64,000 bases of DNA from Bugula neritina (lineage: Eukaryota; Animalia; Bryozoa), in assembly GCA_964035545.1 (NCBI GenBank), contig OZ037767.1, positions 62,001 to 126,000 of the forward strand, read 5' to 3'. The notes under the pieces were generated by a model. The model had not been told where the DNA came from and searched no databases. It saw only the letters and a program-made list of their open reading frames with translations. Position 1 is the stretch's first letter. Each line of letters begins with the position of its first letter. This document shows positions 50,501 to 62,462 of the stretch, in pieces. Both the position numbers and the translations under genes were made by a program.

Positions 50501-51385
50501 CCTCTACTAACCATACACCCTCCCCAATACCCCCTCTACTAACCACACCCTCCCCAATACCCCTTCTACTAACCACAACTTCCCTAATACACAGTATTTC
50601 CTTACAACTTATACTCAATCTAATCTGTACTGACTTCAGAGTGAATGGCTACCCAAGTGGTAATGCTAGCACCTATGGAATAGCCACGGCTCTAATAAGC
50701 AGCTCTCTGAGTTTGGGGGGTGTGATAGGCCCCACCGTATCTGGTGCTATGGTGGATCTCTTTGGCTTTCCCTGGACCACAACAATAACTTCAGCTCTCT
50801 CTCTAGCCGGGGTATGTTGAGTCTTATAGGAGTACTTAGTCTTAGTTCTAGAGGAATAGTAAATACTTAGTCTTAGTTCTAGAGGGATAGTGAATACTTA
50901 GTCTTAGTTTTAGAGGAATAGTGAATACTTAGTCTTAGTTCTAGAGGAATAGTGAATACTTTGTCGTAGTTCTAGAGAAATAGTAAATACTTAGTCTTAG
51001 TTCTAGAGGGATAGTGAATACTTAGTCTTAGTTCTAGAGGGATAGTGAATACTTAGTCGTAGTTCTAGAGGAATAGTGAATACTTAGTCTTAGTTCTAGA
51101 GGAATAGTGAATACTTAGTCGTAGTTCTAGAGGGATAGTGAATACTTAGTCTTAGTTCTAGAGGAATATCTGTAGCCTCAGCTCCTATACTCTATTTTGT
51201 AGTTTCTGATGCTGTCAAGTTTTCTTGTGATAATGAAGAGTACTAGCACCCCACTAAGCACAGACGATGACTGTGTAAAGGGCGTGTCCTACACACCCCC
51301 ACCATCTTTATTGAGTAGACTCAGTCTATATTTCAGAAGGTCAACGAACAGTTATTTCAAAGTCTCTCACATACAACCCAGCTAA
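43098..51385 (+). CDS. MFS transporter, SLC18B1-like, tandem paralogue B
   Basis: Predicted exons 43098-43535, 44589-44662, 45331-45475, 45763-45831, 46164-46251, 46363-46508, 46837-46932, 48502-48605, 48786-48881, 50640-50811, 51203-51385. Same 11-exon structure and phases as paralogue A, with an open frame throughout. Confidence 0.8.
47045..48512 (+). repeat. 20-nt array (47045-47238) and 44-nt acceptor-spanning array (47244-48512)
   Basis: 29 copies of TTGTAG|AACTATKTATA at a 44-nt period. Confidence 0.95.
48978..50163. mobile_element. Non-autonomous DNA element with ~55-bp subterminal inverted repeats
   Basis: CAATATTCC...GGTGCATTAGTCCGAAAATTAGTAGAA at 48994-49049 is inverted at 50096-50151. 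CCAAT flanks both ends. The element interrupts the C-rich 30-nt minisatellite. Confidence 0.7.
49841..49957. repeat. Near-perfect 58-bp inverted repeat
   Basis: Arms 49841-49898 and 49900-49957 are reverse complements with 2 mismatches. Confidence 0.95.
50189..51167. repeat. 30-nt C-rich array (50189-50577) and 31-nt array (50832-51167)
   Basis: Paralogue B introns 9 and 10. Confidence 0.9.
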
Positions 51386-51736
51386 TCTCCAGGTTGACCT
51401 TGACATAGTAGAGTCGGTTAGTCGAAAGACAAGACAGAATGAGACTAGAACCTTCCATCTTATAAGTGTTGAACTGCAGCAAAAGTCAACATGATTTATT
51501 AATAATAAGATATATTAATTTTGGCAATTGTCAAATAAGTAATATTTATACACTTTTGTGTGAAATGTTTACCACAATAAATCAGCCATAATAAGCTAAA
51601 TATATAAGGGTAAAACTATTTCTAATACACAGTTTGCACACAGATTCTGCTTGTTACTGATACTAATACAACAATATATAGTTTCTTACAAAAATAGACT
51701 AGTTGAGCTATATGATATAGTGTAGAGTGTAATGTC

Positions 51737-54700
51737 TATATACTACATAGTACATACTGTATACTCACTATATACTGTATACTATATACTATATACTGTA
51801 TACTATACACTATATACTATATACTATATACTGTATACTACATAGTACATACTGTATACTCACTATATACTGTATACTATATACTATATACTGTATACTA
51901 TACACTATATACTATATACTATATACTGTATACTACATAGTACATACTGTATACTCACTATATACTGTATACTATATACTGTATACTCACTATATACTGT
52001 ATACTCACTATATACTATATACTATATACTCACTATATATACTGTATACTATATACTATATACTCACTATATACTGTATACTACACTATATACTATATAC
52101 TGTATACTCACTATATACTGTATACTATATACTGTATACTATATACTCACTATATACTGTATACTATATACTGTATACTCACTATATACTGTATACTATA
52201 TACTATATACTGTATACTCACTATACACTGTATACTATATACTGTATACTATATACTGTATACTATATACTATATACTGTATACTATATACTGTATACTA
52301 CACTATATACTGTATACTATATACTGTATACTCACTATATACTGTATAATATATACTGTATGCATGTAGATGTGATACACACTGTAGCTGTAGGTTAACA
52401 TGTAGATGTGATACACACTGTAGCTGTAGGTTAACATGTAGATGTGATACACATTGTAGCTGTAGGTTAACATGTAGATGTGATACACATTGTAGCTGTA
52501 GGTTAACATGTAGATGTGACACACACTGTAGCTGTAGGTTAACATGTAGATGTGATACACATTGTAGCTGTAGGTTAACATGTAGATGTGATACACATTG
52601 TAGCTGTAGGTTAACATGTAGATGTGATACACACTGTAGCTGTAGGTTAACATGTAGATGTGACACACACTGTAGCTGTAGGTTAACATGTAGATGTGAC
52701 ACACAGTGTAGCTGTAGGTTAACATGTAGATGTGATACACACTGTAGCTGTAGGTTAACATGTAGATGTGATACACACTGTAGCTGTAGGTTAACATGTA
52801 GATATGACACACTCTGTAGCTGTAGGTTAACATGTAGATGTGACACACACTGTAGCTGTAGGTTAACATGTAGATGTGATACACACTGTAGCTGTAGGTC
52901 AACATGTAGATGTGATACACACTGTAGCTGTAGGTTAACATGTAGATGTGATACACACTGTAACTGTAAGCATACAGCATAACAGACCAGGAGAGTAATA
53001 ATCAATATAATTGCAGTCAGCCACTCTGCAGTCTCAAGTATCAGTTTCCTACAGCACTTGACATAACATACACCTTCTCTCTACATGTAATATATACACC
53101 TTCTCTCTACATGTAATACATACACCTTCTCTCTACATGTAATATATACACCTACTCTCTACATGTAATATACACACCTTCTCTCTACATGTAATATATA
53201 CACCTTCTCTCTACATGTAATATATACACCTTCTCTCTACATGTAATATATACACCTTCTCTCTACATGTAATATATACACTTTCTCTCTACATGTAATA
53301 TATACACTTTCTCTCTACATGTAATATATACACCTTCTCTCTACATGTAATATATACACCTTCTCTCTACATGTAATATATACACTTTCTCTCTACATGT
53401 AATATATACACTTTCTCTCTACATGTAATACATACACCTTCTCTCTACATGTAATATATACACCTACTCTCTACATGTAATATACACACCTTCTCTCTAC
53501 ATGTAATATACACACCTTCTCTCTACATGTAATATATACACTTTCTCTCTACATGTAATATATACATCTTCTCTCTACATGTAATATATACACTTTCTCT
53601 CTACATGTAATATATACACCTTCTCTCTACATGTAATATATACACCTTCTCTCTACATGTAATATATACACCTTCTCTCTACATGTAATATATACACCTT
53701 CTCTCTACATGTAATATATACACCTTCTCTCTACATGTAATATATACACTTTCTCTCTACATGTAATATATACACCTTCTCTCTACATGTAATATACACA
53801 CCTTCTCTCTACATGTAATATATACACCTTCTCTCTACATGTAATATATACACTTTCTCTCTACATGTAATATATACATCTTCTCTCTACATGTAATATA
53901 TACACTTTCTCTCTACATGTAATATATACACCTTCTCTCTACATGTAATATATACACCTTCTCTCTACATGTAATATATACACTTTCTCTCTACATGTAA
54001 TATATACACCTTCTCTCTACATGTAATATATACACCTTCTCTCTACATGTAATATATACACCTTTTCTCTACATGTAATATATACACCTTCTCTCTACAT
54101 GTAATATATACACTTTCTCTCTACATGTAATATATACATCTTCTCTCTACATGTAATATATACACTTTCTCTCTACATGTAATATATACACCTTCTCTCT
54201 ACATGTAATATATACACCTTCTCTCTACATGTAATATATACACTTTCTCTCTACATGTAATATATACACCTACTCTCTACATGTAATATACACACCTTCT
54301 CTCTACATGTAATATATACACCTTCTCTCTACATGTAATATACACACCTTCTCTCTACATGTAATATATACACCTTCTCTCTACATGTAATATATACACT
54401 TTCTCTCTACATGTAATATATACATCTTCTCTCTACATGTAATATATACACTTTCTCTCTACATGTAATATATACACCTTCTCTCTACATGTAATATATA
54501 TACCTTCTCTCTACATGTAATATATACACCTTCTCTCTACATGTAATACATACACTTTCTCTCTACATGTAATATATACACTTTCTCTCTACATGTAATA
54601 CATACACCTTCTCTCTACATGTAATATATACACCTTCTCTCTACATGTAATATACACACCTTCTCTCTACATGTAATATATACACCTTCTCTCTACATGT

Positions 54701-55643
54701 AATATATACACTTTCTCTCTACATGTAATATATGCACTTTCTCTCTACATGTAATATATACACTTTCTCTCTACATGTAATATATGCACCTTCTCTCTAC
54801 ATGTAATATATACACCTTCTCTCTACATGTAATATATACACCTTCTTTCTAAATGTAATATATACACTTTCTCTCTACATGTAATATATACACCTTCTCT
54901 CTACATGTAATATATACACTTTCTCTCTACATGTAATATATACACTTTCTCTCTACATGTAATATATATACCTTCTCTCTACATGTAATATATACACCTT
55001 CTCTCTACATGTAATATATACACCTTCTCTCTACATGTAATATATACACTTTCTCTCTACATGTAATATATATACCTTCTCTCTACATGTAATATATACA
55101 CCTTCTCTCTACATGTAATATATACACCTTCTTTCTAAATGTAATATATACACTTTCTCTCTACATGTAATATATACACCTTCTCTCTACATGTAATATA
55201 TACACTTTCTCTCTACATGTAATATATACACTTTCTCTCTACATGTAATATATATACCTTCTCTCTACATGTAATATATACACCTTCTCTCTACATGTAA
55301 TATATACACCTTCTCTCTACATGTAATATATACACCTTCTTTCTAAATGTAATATATACACTTTCTCTCTACATGTAATATATACACCTTCTCTCTACAT
55401 GTAATATATACACTTTCTCTCTACATGTAATATATACACTTTCTCTCTACATGTAATATATACACCTTCTCTCTACATGTAATATATACACCTTCTCTCT
55501 ACATGTAATATATACACTTTCTCTCTACATGTAATATATACACCTTCTCTCTACATGTAATATATACACCTTCTCTCTACATGTAATATATACACCTTCT
55601 CTCTATATGTAATATATACACCTTCTCTCTACATGTAATATAC
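51737..55643. repeat. Intergenic arrays: TATAC-type (51737-52340), 33-nt (52343-52968), 26-nt (53069-55643, ~99 copies)
   Basis: Direct inspection. Confidence 0.95.
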
Positions 55644-56162
55644 ACAGAAGTAAAGGAAGTTGGGTGTTTGACCTGAGTACATTCACATCAACCCACAGGG
55701 ATAGAAGCTCTTTACTGTATACACATTATGAGCTCTTGAATATATACAATGAAATGAATCCACCATGTTGAGGGTCCTATTCAGAATACTCGAGGGTCCT
55801 ATTCAGAATAGTCGAGGGTCCTACTTAGGATAGCCTAGGGTCTTGTTGTTTCAGCAGAGCTGTAAACTTTGAGCTAGTAATGCTGTGCAAACTGAAAGAT
55901 CAGGAAACTCTATGAATTGATTATTTAAATAAAGTTGGCTGTTTTCATATAAAACTTGTTGAAAATCTGAAGAGTTTACCATTAAAACTCTTTACTTGAA
56001 ACAATCAGGAGGAAAACATAATATTCTGGCAGCAGTGATACTCTGGTAGCAGCAATACTCTGGTAGCAGTAATACTCTGGCAGCAGTGATACTCTGGTAG
56101 CAGTAATACTCTGGCAGCAGTGATACTCTGGTAGCAGCAATAAAGCCAAATTGGGAAATAAT

Positions 56163-56682
56163 ATGAATTTCTCAGCAGAGGAAAATGAAAAATCTGACAA
56201 GAAAACGCCAACATGGGAGGAGTTTACACAAGAAGTTACAATGCATGGTATTCGTTACGTACATCTAAGTCACTTACACCCTGTGATGAGGTAAGTAACT
56301 TACACCCTGTGATGAGGTAAGTAACTTACACCCTGTGATAAGGTAAGTCACTTACACTCTGTGATGAGGTAAGTCACTTACACTCTGTGATGAGGTAAGT
56401 CACTTACACCCTGTGATGAGGTACGTAAGTTATACTATTAGTATGATGATATGATATAGACACTGTTTTAGCTTAGAGCCCTGATATGAAGTGAGTATTT
56501 CTAGCTTTGGAACCACAAATTGTGTCAGTACGTATGTTTTCAGGGTGGTGTGGCTGCTAGCCATTCTGGCAATGCTCACTATCGGAGTATACGGCTCATG
56601 GGAACTTTTTGAAAGTTACTTGTTGAAAGAAACCTCGACTAAGTATAGAAATGTCAGAACCACTGAGTTGCAGGTCAGTTTT

Positions 56683-56772
<90 letters not shown>

Positions 56773-59700
56773 TCATAATATGATATTCTCACATACACTC
56801 TTACAGTTCCCCCATGTAATAATATGCAACAACAATGCCTTTCCCAAAAGCCAAATTCAGACAGCCATAAACACCTACAACGTCACTGGACTGGATGTCC
56901 TTCTGAAAAATCTCTTCAGTCGCGGTATTTCTGTCACTCACCTGTAAGTTATTATATACAGTATATACACTAAGCTGATTCCACAGTAGTATATACACTG
57001 TAAGTATCTGCACTGTAAGTATATACACTGTAAGTATATACACTGTAAGTATCTGCACTGTAAGTATATACACTGTAAGTATCTACATTGTAAGTATCTA
57101 CACTGTAAGTATATACACTGTAAGTATCTACATTGTAAGTATATACACTGTAAGTATATACACTGTAAGTATATACACTGTAGGTATATACACTGTAAGT
57201 ATCTACACTGTAAGTGTAAGTTATATTGTGATCTACTCTAGCAACTGGAGCTCCCCCGAGTACAAGAATCTAGGTCGGATAATTGAGGAGGATTTTCTGA
57301 GTTCCCTGTTTGACTTGTCGTCTGAAGTGACGGCTTCCATACTCTTCCCGCACTTTCAGAATGAACCTCTTGATGTCAGAGAGAACTTCCTGCCAATCAT
57401 CACGGATATTGGTATGACATCATCACTATTTGCTGTGCTATGTGATTCAGTCAAAAGTTACTATTGGTATGACATCATCACTATTTGCTGTGCTATGTTG
57501 TTCAGTCAACAGGTACCATTGGTACGACATCATCACTATTTGCTGTGCTATGTGATTCAGTCAAAAGTTACTATTGGTATGACATCATCACTATTTGCTG
57601 TGCTATGTTATTCAGTCAACAGTTACTATTGGTATGACATCATCACTATATGCTGTGCTATGTTATTCAGTCAACAGTTATTATTGGTATGACATCATCA
57701 CTATTGGTATGACATCATCACTATTTGCTATGTTATTGTATGCAGTCTACAGTTGCTATTGGTATGACATCATCACTATTTGCTGTGCTATGTTATTCAG
57801 TCAACAGTTACTATTAGTATGACATCATCACTATATGCTGTGGTTTAAGGGGTCTGCTACAGTTTCAATGCAGATGGTAAATACAAAGTCAAGACTGCTG
57901 GTCTCTACAGTGGACTCTTGGTCTATCTCAATGCAGACGTAGACTCTTACTTTGTGGGGCCGGCATCTGATTCTAATGGCTTCTCAGTGAGTTATATGTC
58001 AGTGTGCTTATATTACTAGTCAGTATGCATATATTACTAGTCAGTATGCATATATTGCTAGTCAGTATGCATATATTACTAGTCAGTGTGCATATATTAC
58101 TAGTCAGTATGCATATATTACTAGTCCGTATGCATATATTGCTAGTCAGTATGCATATATTACTAGTCAGTATGCATATATTACTAGTCAGTGTGCATAT
58201 ATTACTAGTCAGTATGCATATATTACTAGTCCGTATGCATATATTGCTAGTCAGTATGCATATATTACTAGTCAGTATGCATATATTACTAGTCAGTATG
58301 CATATATTACTAGTCAGTATGCATATATTACTAGTCAGTATTCATATATTACTAGTCAGTATGCATATATTACTAGTCAGCATGCATATTATATTGTCGC
58401 TTGTGTTTCTTATACTTTATTATCAGATTGCTGTTTACAAACCTGGAGAAGTACCAGTGATGAATAACGATGCTATTATAGGGGTTTACCCAGGAACTAA
58501 CACTAAAGTCTCTCTAGAACTCACCAAGGTAACCTCCCCTCCCCATAAAATACCAATTATGATCTCAAGCTATTAGCTAGCAGCAGTTGCATTAATTCAT
58601 ACAAATTTTATTACTTTTAAGAATCGAATTGACACAAGCTTCTATATAATATTACGTGTTTATATGCTACATGCACAAGTTGCAACTAATAGACTTATTA
58701 ATTGCTAACAGATAAAGAGGCAGCCGCCTCCTGCTGACAACAATACTGCTGACTGTTTTGATACTGAGACTAAACCCAACCCCCTCAGCTTCTACCCAGA
58801 GTACTCTTACAACGCTTGTTACATGGAGTGTGCTTCAAATATCTCTGTGGAGAGATGCGGGTGTCGCCATTTCTTTGAGCCTGGTAATACTGTATATACT
58901 ATACCTCTATACTGTATATATTATACCCCTATACAGTATATACTATACCCCTATACAGTATATACTATACCCCTATACAGTATATACTATACCCTACACT
59001 GTATATACTATACCCCTATACAGTATATACTGTGTATACTATACCCCTATACAGTATATACTATACCCCTATACAGTGTATACTATACCTCTATACAGTA
59101 TATACTATACCCCTATACAGTATATACTATACCCCTATACAGTATATACTATACCCTACACTGTATATACTATACCCCCTATACAGTATATACTATACCC
59201 TATACTGTGTATACTATACCCCTATACTGTATATACTATATCCTTATACTGTATATATTAAAATATACTCCTACACTGTATTTATCATACTCTTACACTG
59301 TATATATTATAATCTTATACTGTATATATTATACTCTTATACTGTATATATTATGATAATATACTGTAAAATTTTATTAAAAGCTGTGAATGGAGCCAAG
59401 ATCTGTGACCCAGAAACTTTTTCCACTTGCATCCTGAATGTTGGTAAGTCTATCTACACATGTGCTAGTATATAATATACACATGTTAGTATATAATATA
59501 CACATGTTAGTATATAATATACACATGCTAGTATATAATATACACATGTGCTAGTATATAATATACACATGTTAATATATAATATACACATGTTAGTATA
59601 TAATATACACATGCTAGTATATAATATACACATGCTAGTATATAATATACACATGCTAGTACATAATATACACGTGCTAGTATATAATATACACGTGCTA

Positions 59701-60857
59701 GTATATAATATACACATGCTAGTATATAATATACACATGCTAGTATATAATATACACATGTTAGTATATTATAATATATACGCCTTAGTATATAATATAC
59801 ACACGCTAGTATATAATGCACACATGCTAGTGTATAATACACACATGCTAGTATATAATACGCACATGCTAGTATATAATATACACGTGCTAGTATATAA
59901 TATACACATGTTAGTATATAATATACACATGCTAGTATATAATATACACGTGCTAGTATATAATATACACATGCTAGTATATAATACGCACATGCTAGTA
60001 TATAATATACACATGTTAGTATATAATATACACATGCTAGTATATAATATACACATGCTAGTTAGTATTCTACAGGATTTTCAACTCTACGTGAAGCACT
60101 GGAGAAGAAGTGTGGATGTCGGAGTGCATGTGAAGAGGAGAAGTACTCTGCCCACTTGATGGTGCATCAGTATCCAAATATAAACTTCCTTGCAGAACTT
60201 TACCAGGATGTCTGTGAGTGTTCTCTCTCTCTTTCTCAAACTCACACACTCACACACAAATATACACACTCACACACACACGCACACGCACACGCTCACG
60301 CTCACACACACACACACACATTTGTTTACATGTTTTAGTAACGAATGAAATTATAGAATCCATGAAAAAGAATACGATGCTGGTTTACATATCTTTCAAT
60401 TCCATAACCTACAACTTCCTGGAGGAGTATCTTTCATACACGGCGATTGACGTGTTGGGTAAGTCTATATATATATAATAGAATCTTAAAGGCATTATAT
60501 AATGAAGGTACAGCTGTTTGCGAATCATTGCCTGTGGTATTATGTATATTGTCTGTGGTATTATCTATATTGCCTGTGGTATTATATATATTGCCTGTGG
60601 TATTATATATATTGCCTGTGGTATTATATATATTGCCTATGGTATTATATATATTGCCTGTGGTATTATATATATTGGCAGCTAATTTTGGAGGAACTCT
60701 GGGTCTGTGTATTGGAGCCAGTCTACTGACAATCTGTGAGTTTATACAGTTTGGAGTATTCAGTCTCATCAGATGTATCAACAGGAAGAGAGAACAGGAG
60801 AGTAGAAAGAATGTAATACACGTACAGGTGGAACCTACCAAGGCTAGAGTCGGATAA
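56163..60857 (+). CDS. DEG/ENaC (ASIC-like) amiloride-sensitive sodium channel subunit
   Basis: Predicted exons 56163-56290, 56544-56673, 56807-56943, 57242-57411, 57850-57986, 58427-58528, 58712-58883, 59384-59443, 60076-60213, 60339-60458, 60682-60857. Motifs: TMHG, TM1, FPHVIICNNN, GVCYSFN, Cys-rich thumb, and TM2 ANFGGTLGLCIGASLLTICE with the GAS filter. Confidence 0.92.
56266..60676. repeat. ASIC intron arrays: 26-nt donor array, (TA)n, 15-nt, 55-nt donor array, three 21-nt arrays, TATAC-type, (CA)n
   Basis: 56266-56422, 56688-56768, 56993-57214, 57407-57842, 58010-58391, 58887-59350, 59456-60061, 60243-60320, 60529-60677. Confidence 0.9.
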
Positions 60858-61870
60858 CAACTTATACTCACCCTAATATGTTTGACGGTGAAGTTAAGAG
60901 TATTGAGTGTGAAGAGTGTTGTGTTTGGGGTTGATATCACTTTCATATGCATATATTAGTGTCTGTCTTAGCACCATATCAACATAGAGTGTAATATTAT
61001 ATGATATGACAGTATATTATATACATATGATATGACAGTATATTATATACATATGATATGATATACTGATAGTATATATGCTTCAAATTATATGTCTTTT
61101 TGTTGAACTACGCTATGGTATAGGTGGTGGTTATTTATTAAATAAATCAAAATAGAATGCTACTGTGTACTACATTGACTATATAACCTAGTACTACATT
61201 GACTATATAACTGAGTACTACATTGACTATATGACTGAGTACTACATTGACTATATAACTGTGTACTACATTGATTATATAACTGTGTACTACATTGACT
61301 ATATAACTGAGTATTACATTGACTATATAACTGAGTACTATATTGACTATATAACTGAGTACTACATTGACTATATAACTGTGTACTACATTGACTATAT
61401 AACTGAGTACTCCTACATATAGAAAAGCAGTGAGCACCATTGGTTCCTTTATTCTAAAAGTATTAATTATTATTACAGGTATAGTTATTATAGGACAAAA
61501 TTGTATAAAACACATATATGGTATGTGACTAAAAGCAATTATTATGCTCCATGAATATTGTATTACAGCATATAAATATAATGTGTAAACTCACTAATGT
61601 AATGTAACATATTCTGTGTGTACTGTAATATGTACTGTAGTATGTACTGTAGTATACTGTAGTATATACTGTAGTATATACTGTAGTATGTACTGTAGTA
61701 TGTACTGTAGTATACTGTAGTATACTGTAGTATATACTGTAGTATATACTGTGTGAGTGGTGACTCTAGTTCTACCTACTCACTGTAAGTGTGAGTGGTG
61801 ACTAGCTCACAGTTTGGTACACAATTGTCTTCCTGGAATTGGGGTGTGGAAGCCATTTCTGACTGACTCC

Positions 61871-62079
61871 AGATGGTACTAGCTGCTGTGACCTCAAAGG
61901 TCAGATGGTACTAGCTGCTGTGACCTCAAAGGTCAGATGGTACTAGCTGCTGTGACCTCAAAGGTCAGATGGTACTAGCTGCTGTGACCTCAAAGGTCAG
62001 ATGGTACTAGCTGCTGTGACCTCAAAGGTCAGATGGTACTAGCTGCTGTGACCTCAAAGGTCAGATGGTACTAGCTGCT
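61871..62079. repeat. 32-nt array (AGATGGTACTAGCTGCTGTGACCTCAAAGGTC)n
   Basis: About 6.5 identical copies. Confidence 0.95.
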
Positions 62080-62462
62080 GCTACTCTCGTAAACTTCTAA
62101 GTCAAGGTTGCTCTGCTTCGCCGTCAACCGGCTGAGCAACTAAAAGCCAAAGTTTCTTTTAGCGTCAAAGAAATTCTTATCAATTGTATTTACATGTTCA
62201 CATTGTTGAGCTAATGTAGCTAGCTAGATGACATAATCTGGAGTAATGTGCCCCTGTATTTACATGTTCACATTGTTGAGCTAGCTAGATGACATAATCT
62301 GGAGTAATGTGCCCCTGTATTTACATGTTCACATTGTTGAGCTAGCTAGATGACATAATCTGGAGTTATGTGCTCCTGTATACTTACTCAGAGCAGATGA
62401 TAGTCTGGTTACTCGGCGCTCCAACTCTATAAGAGAAACAGACATCCTCATATATTAAAAGC
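62071..62462 (-). CDS. Probable last two exons of an unidentified gene continuing beyond the window
   Basis: GC-richer segments bounded by a GTAAGT donor (62387) and a TTTTAG acceptor (62140). One frame reads ...ELERRVTRLSSAL|IAQPVDGEAEQP*. Frame and identity are unresolved. Confidence 0.35.

Noticed and set aside
43098-51385. Paralogue B as an uncollapsed haplotype or assembly duplicate of A
   Set aside because: Most exons and introns are strongly diverged, far beyond allelic levels.
511-55643. CRISPR-like appearance of regular repeats
   Set aside because: Units are head-to-tail with no unique spacers, there are no cas genes, and the context is eukaryotic.
2632-61515. Dozens of long low-complexity ORFs (e.g. 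2632-3183, 4706-5114, 7465-8059, 24745-25317, 43656-44588, 52298-53005, 58004-58576, 59548-60159)
   Set aside because: Translations of stop-free minisatellites, often open in several frames or strands, mostly lying in introns of well-supported genes.
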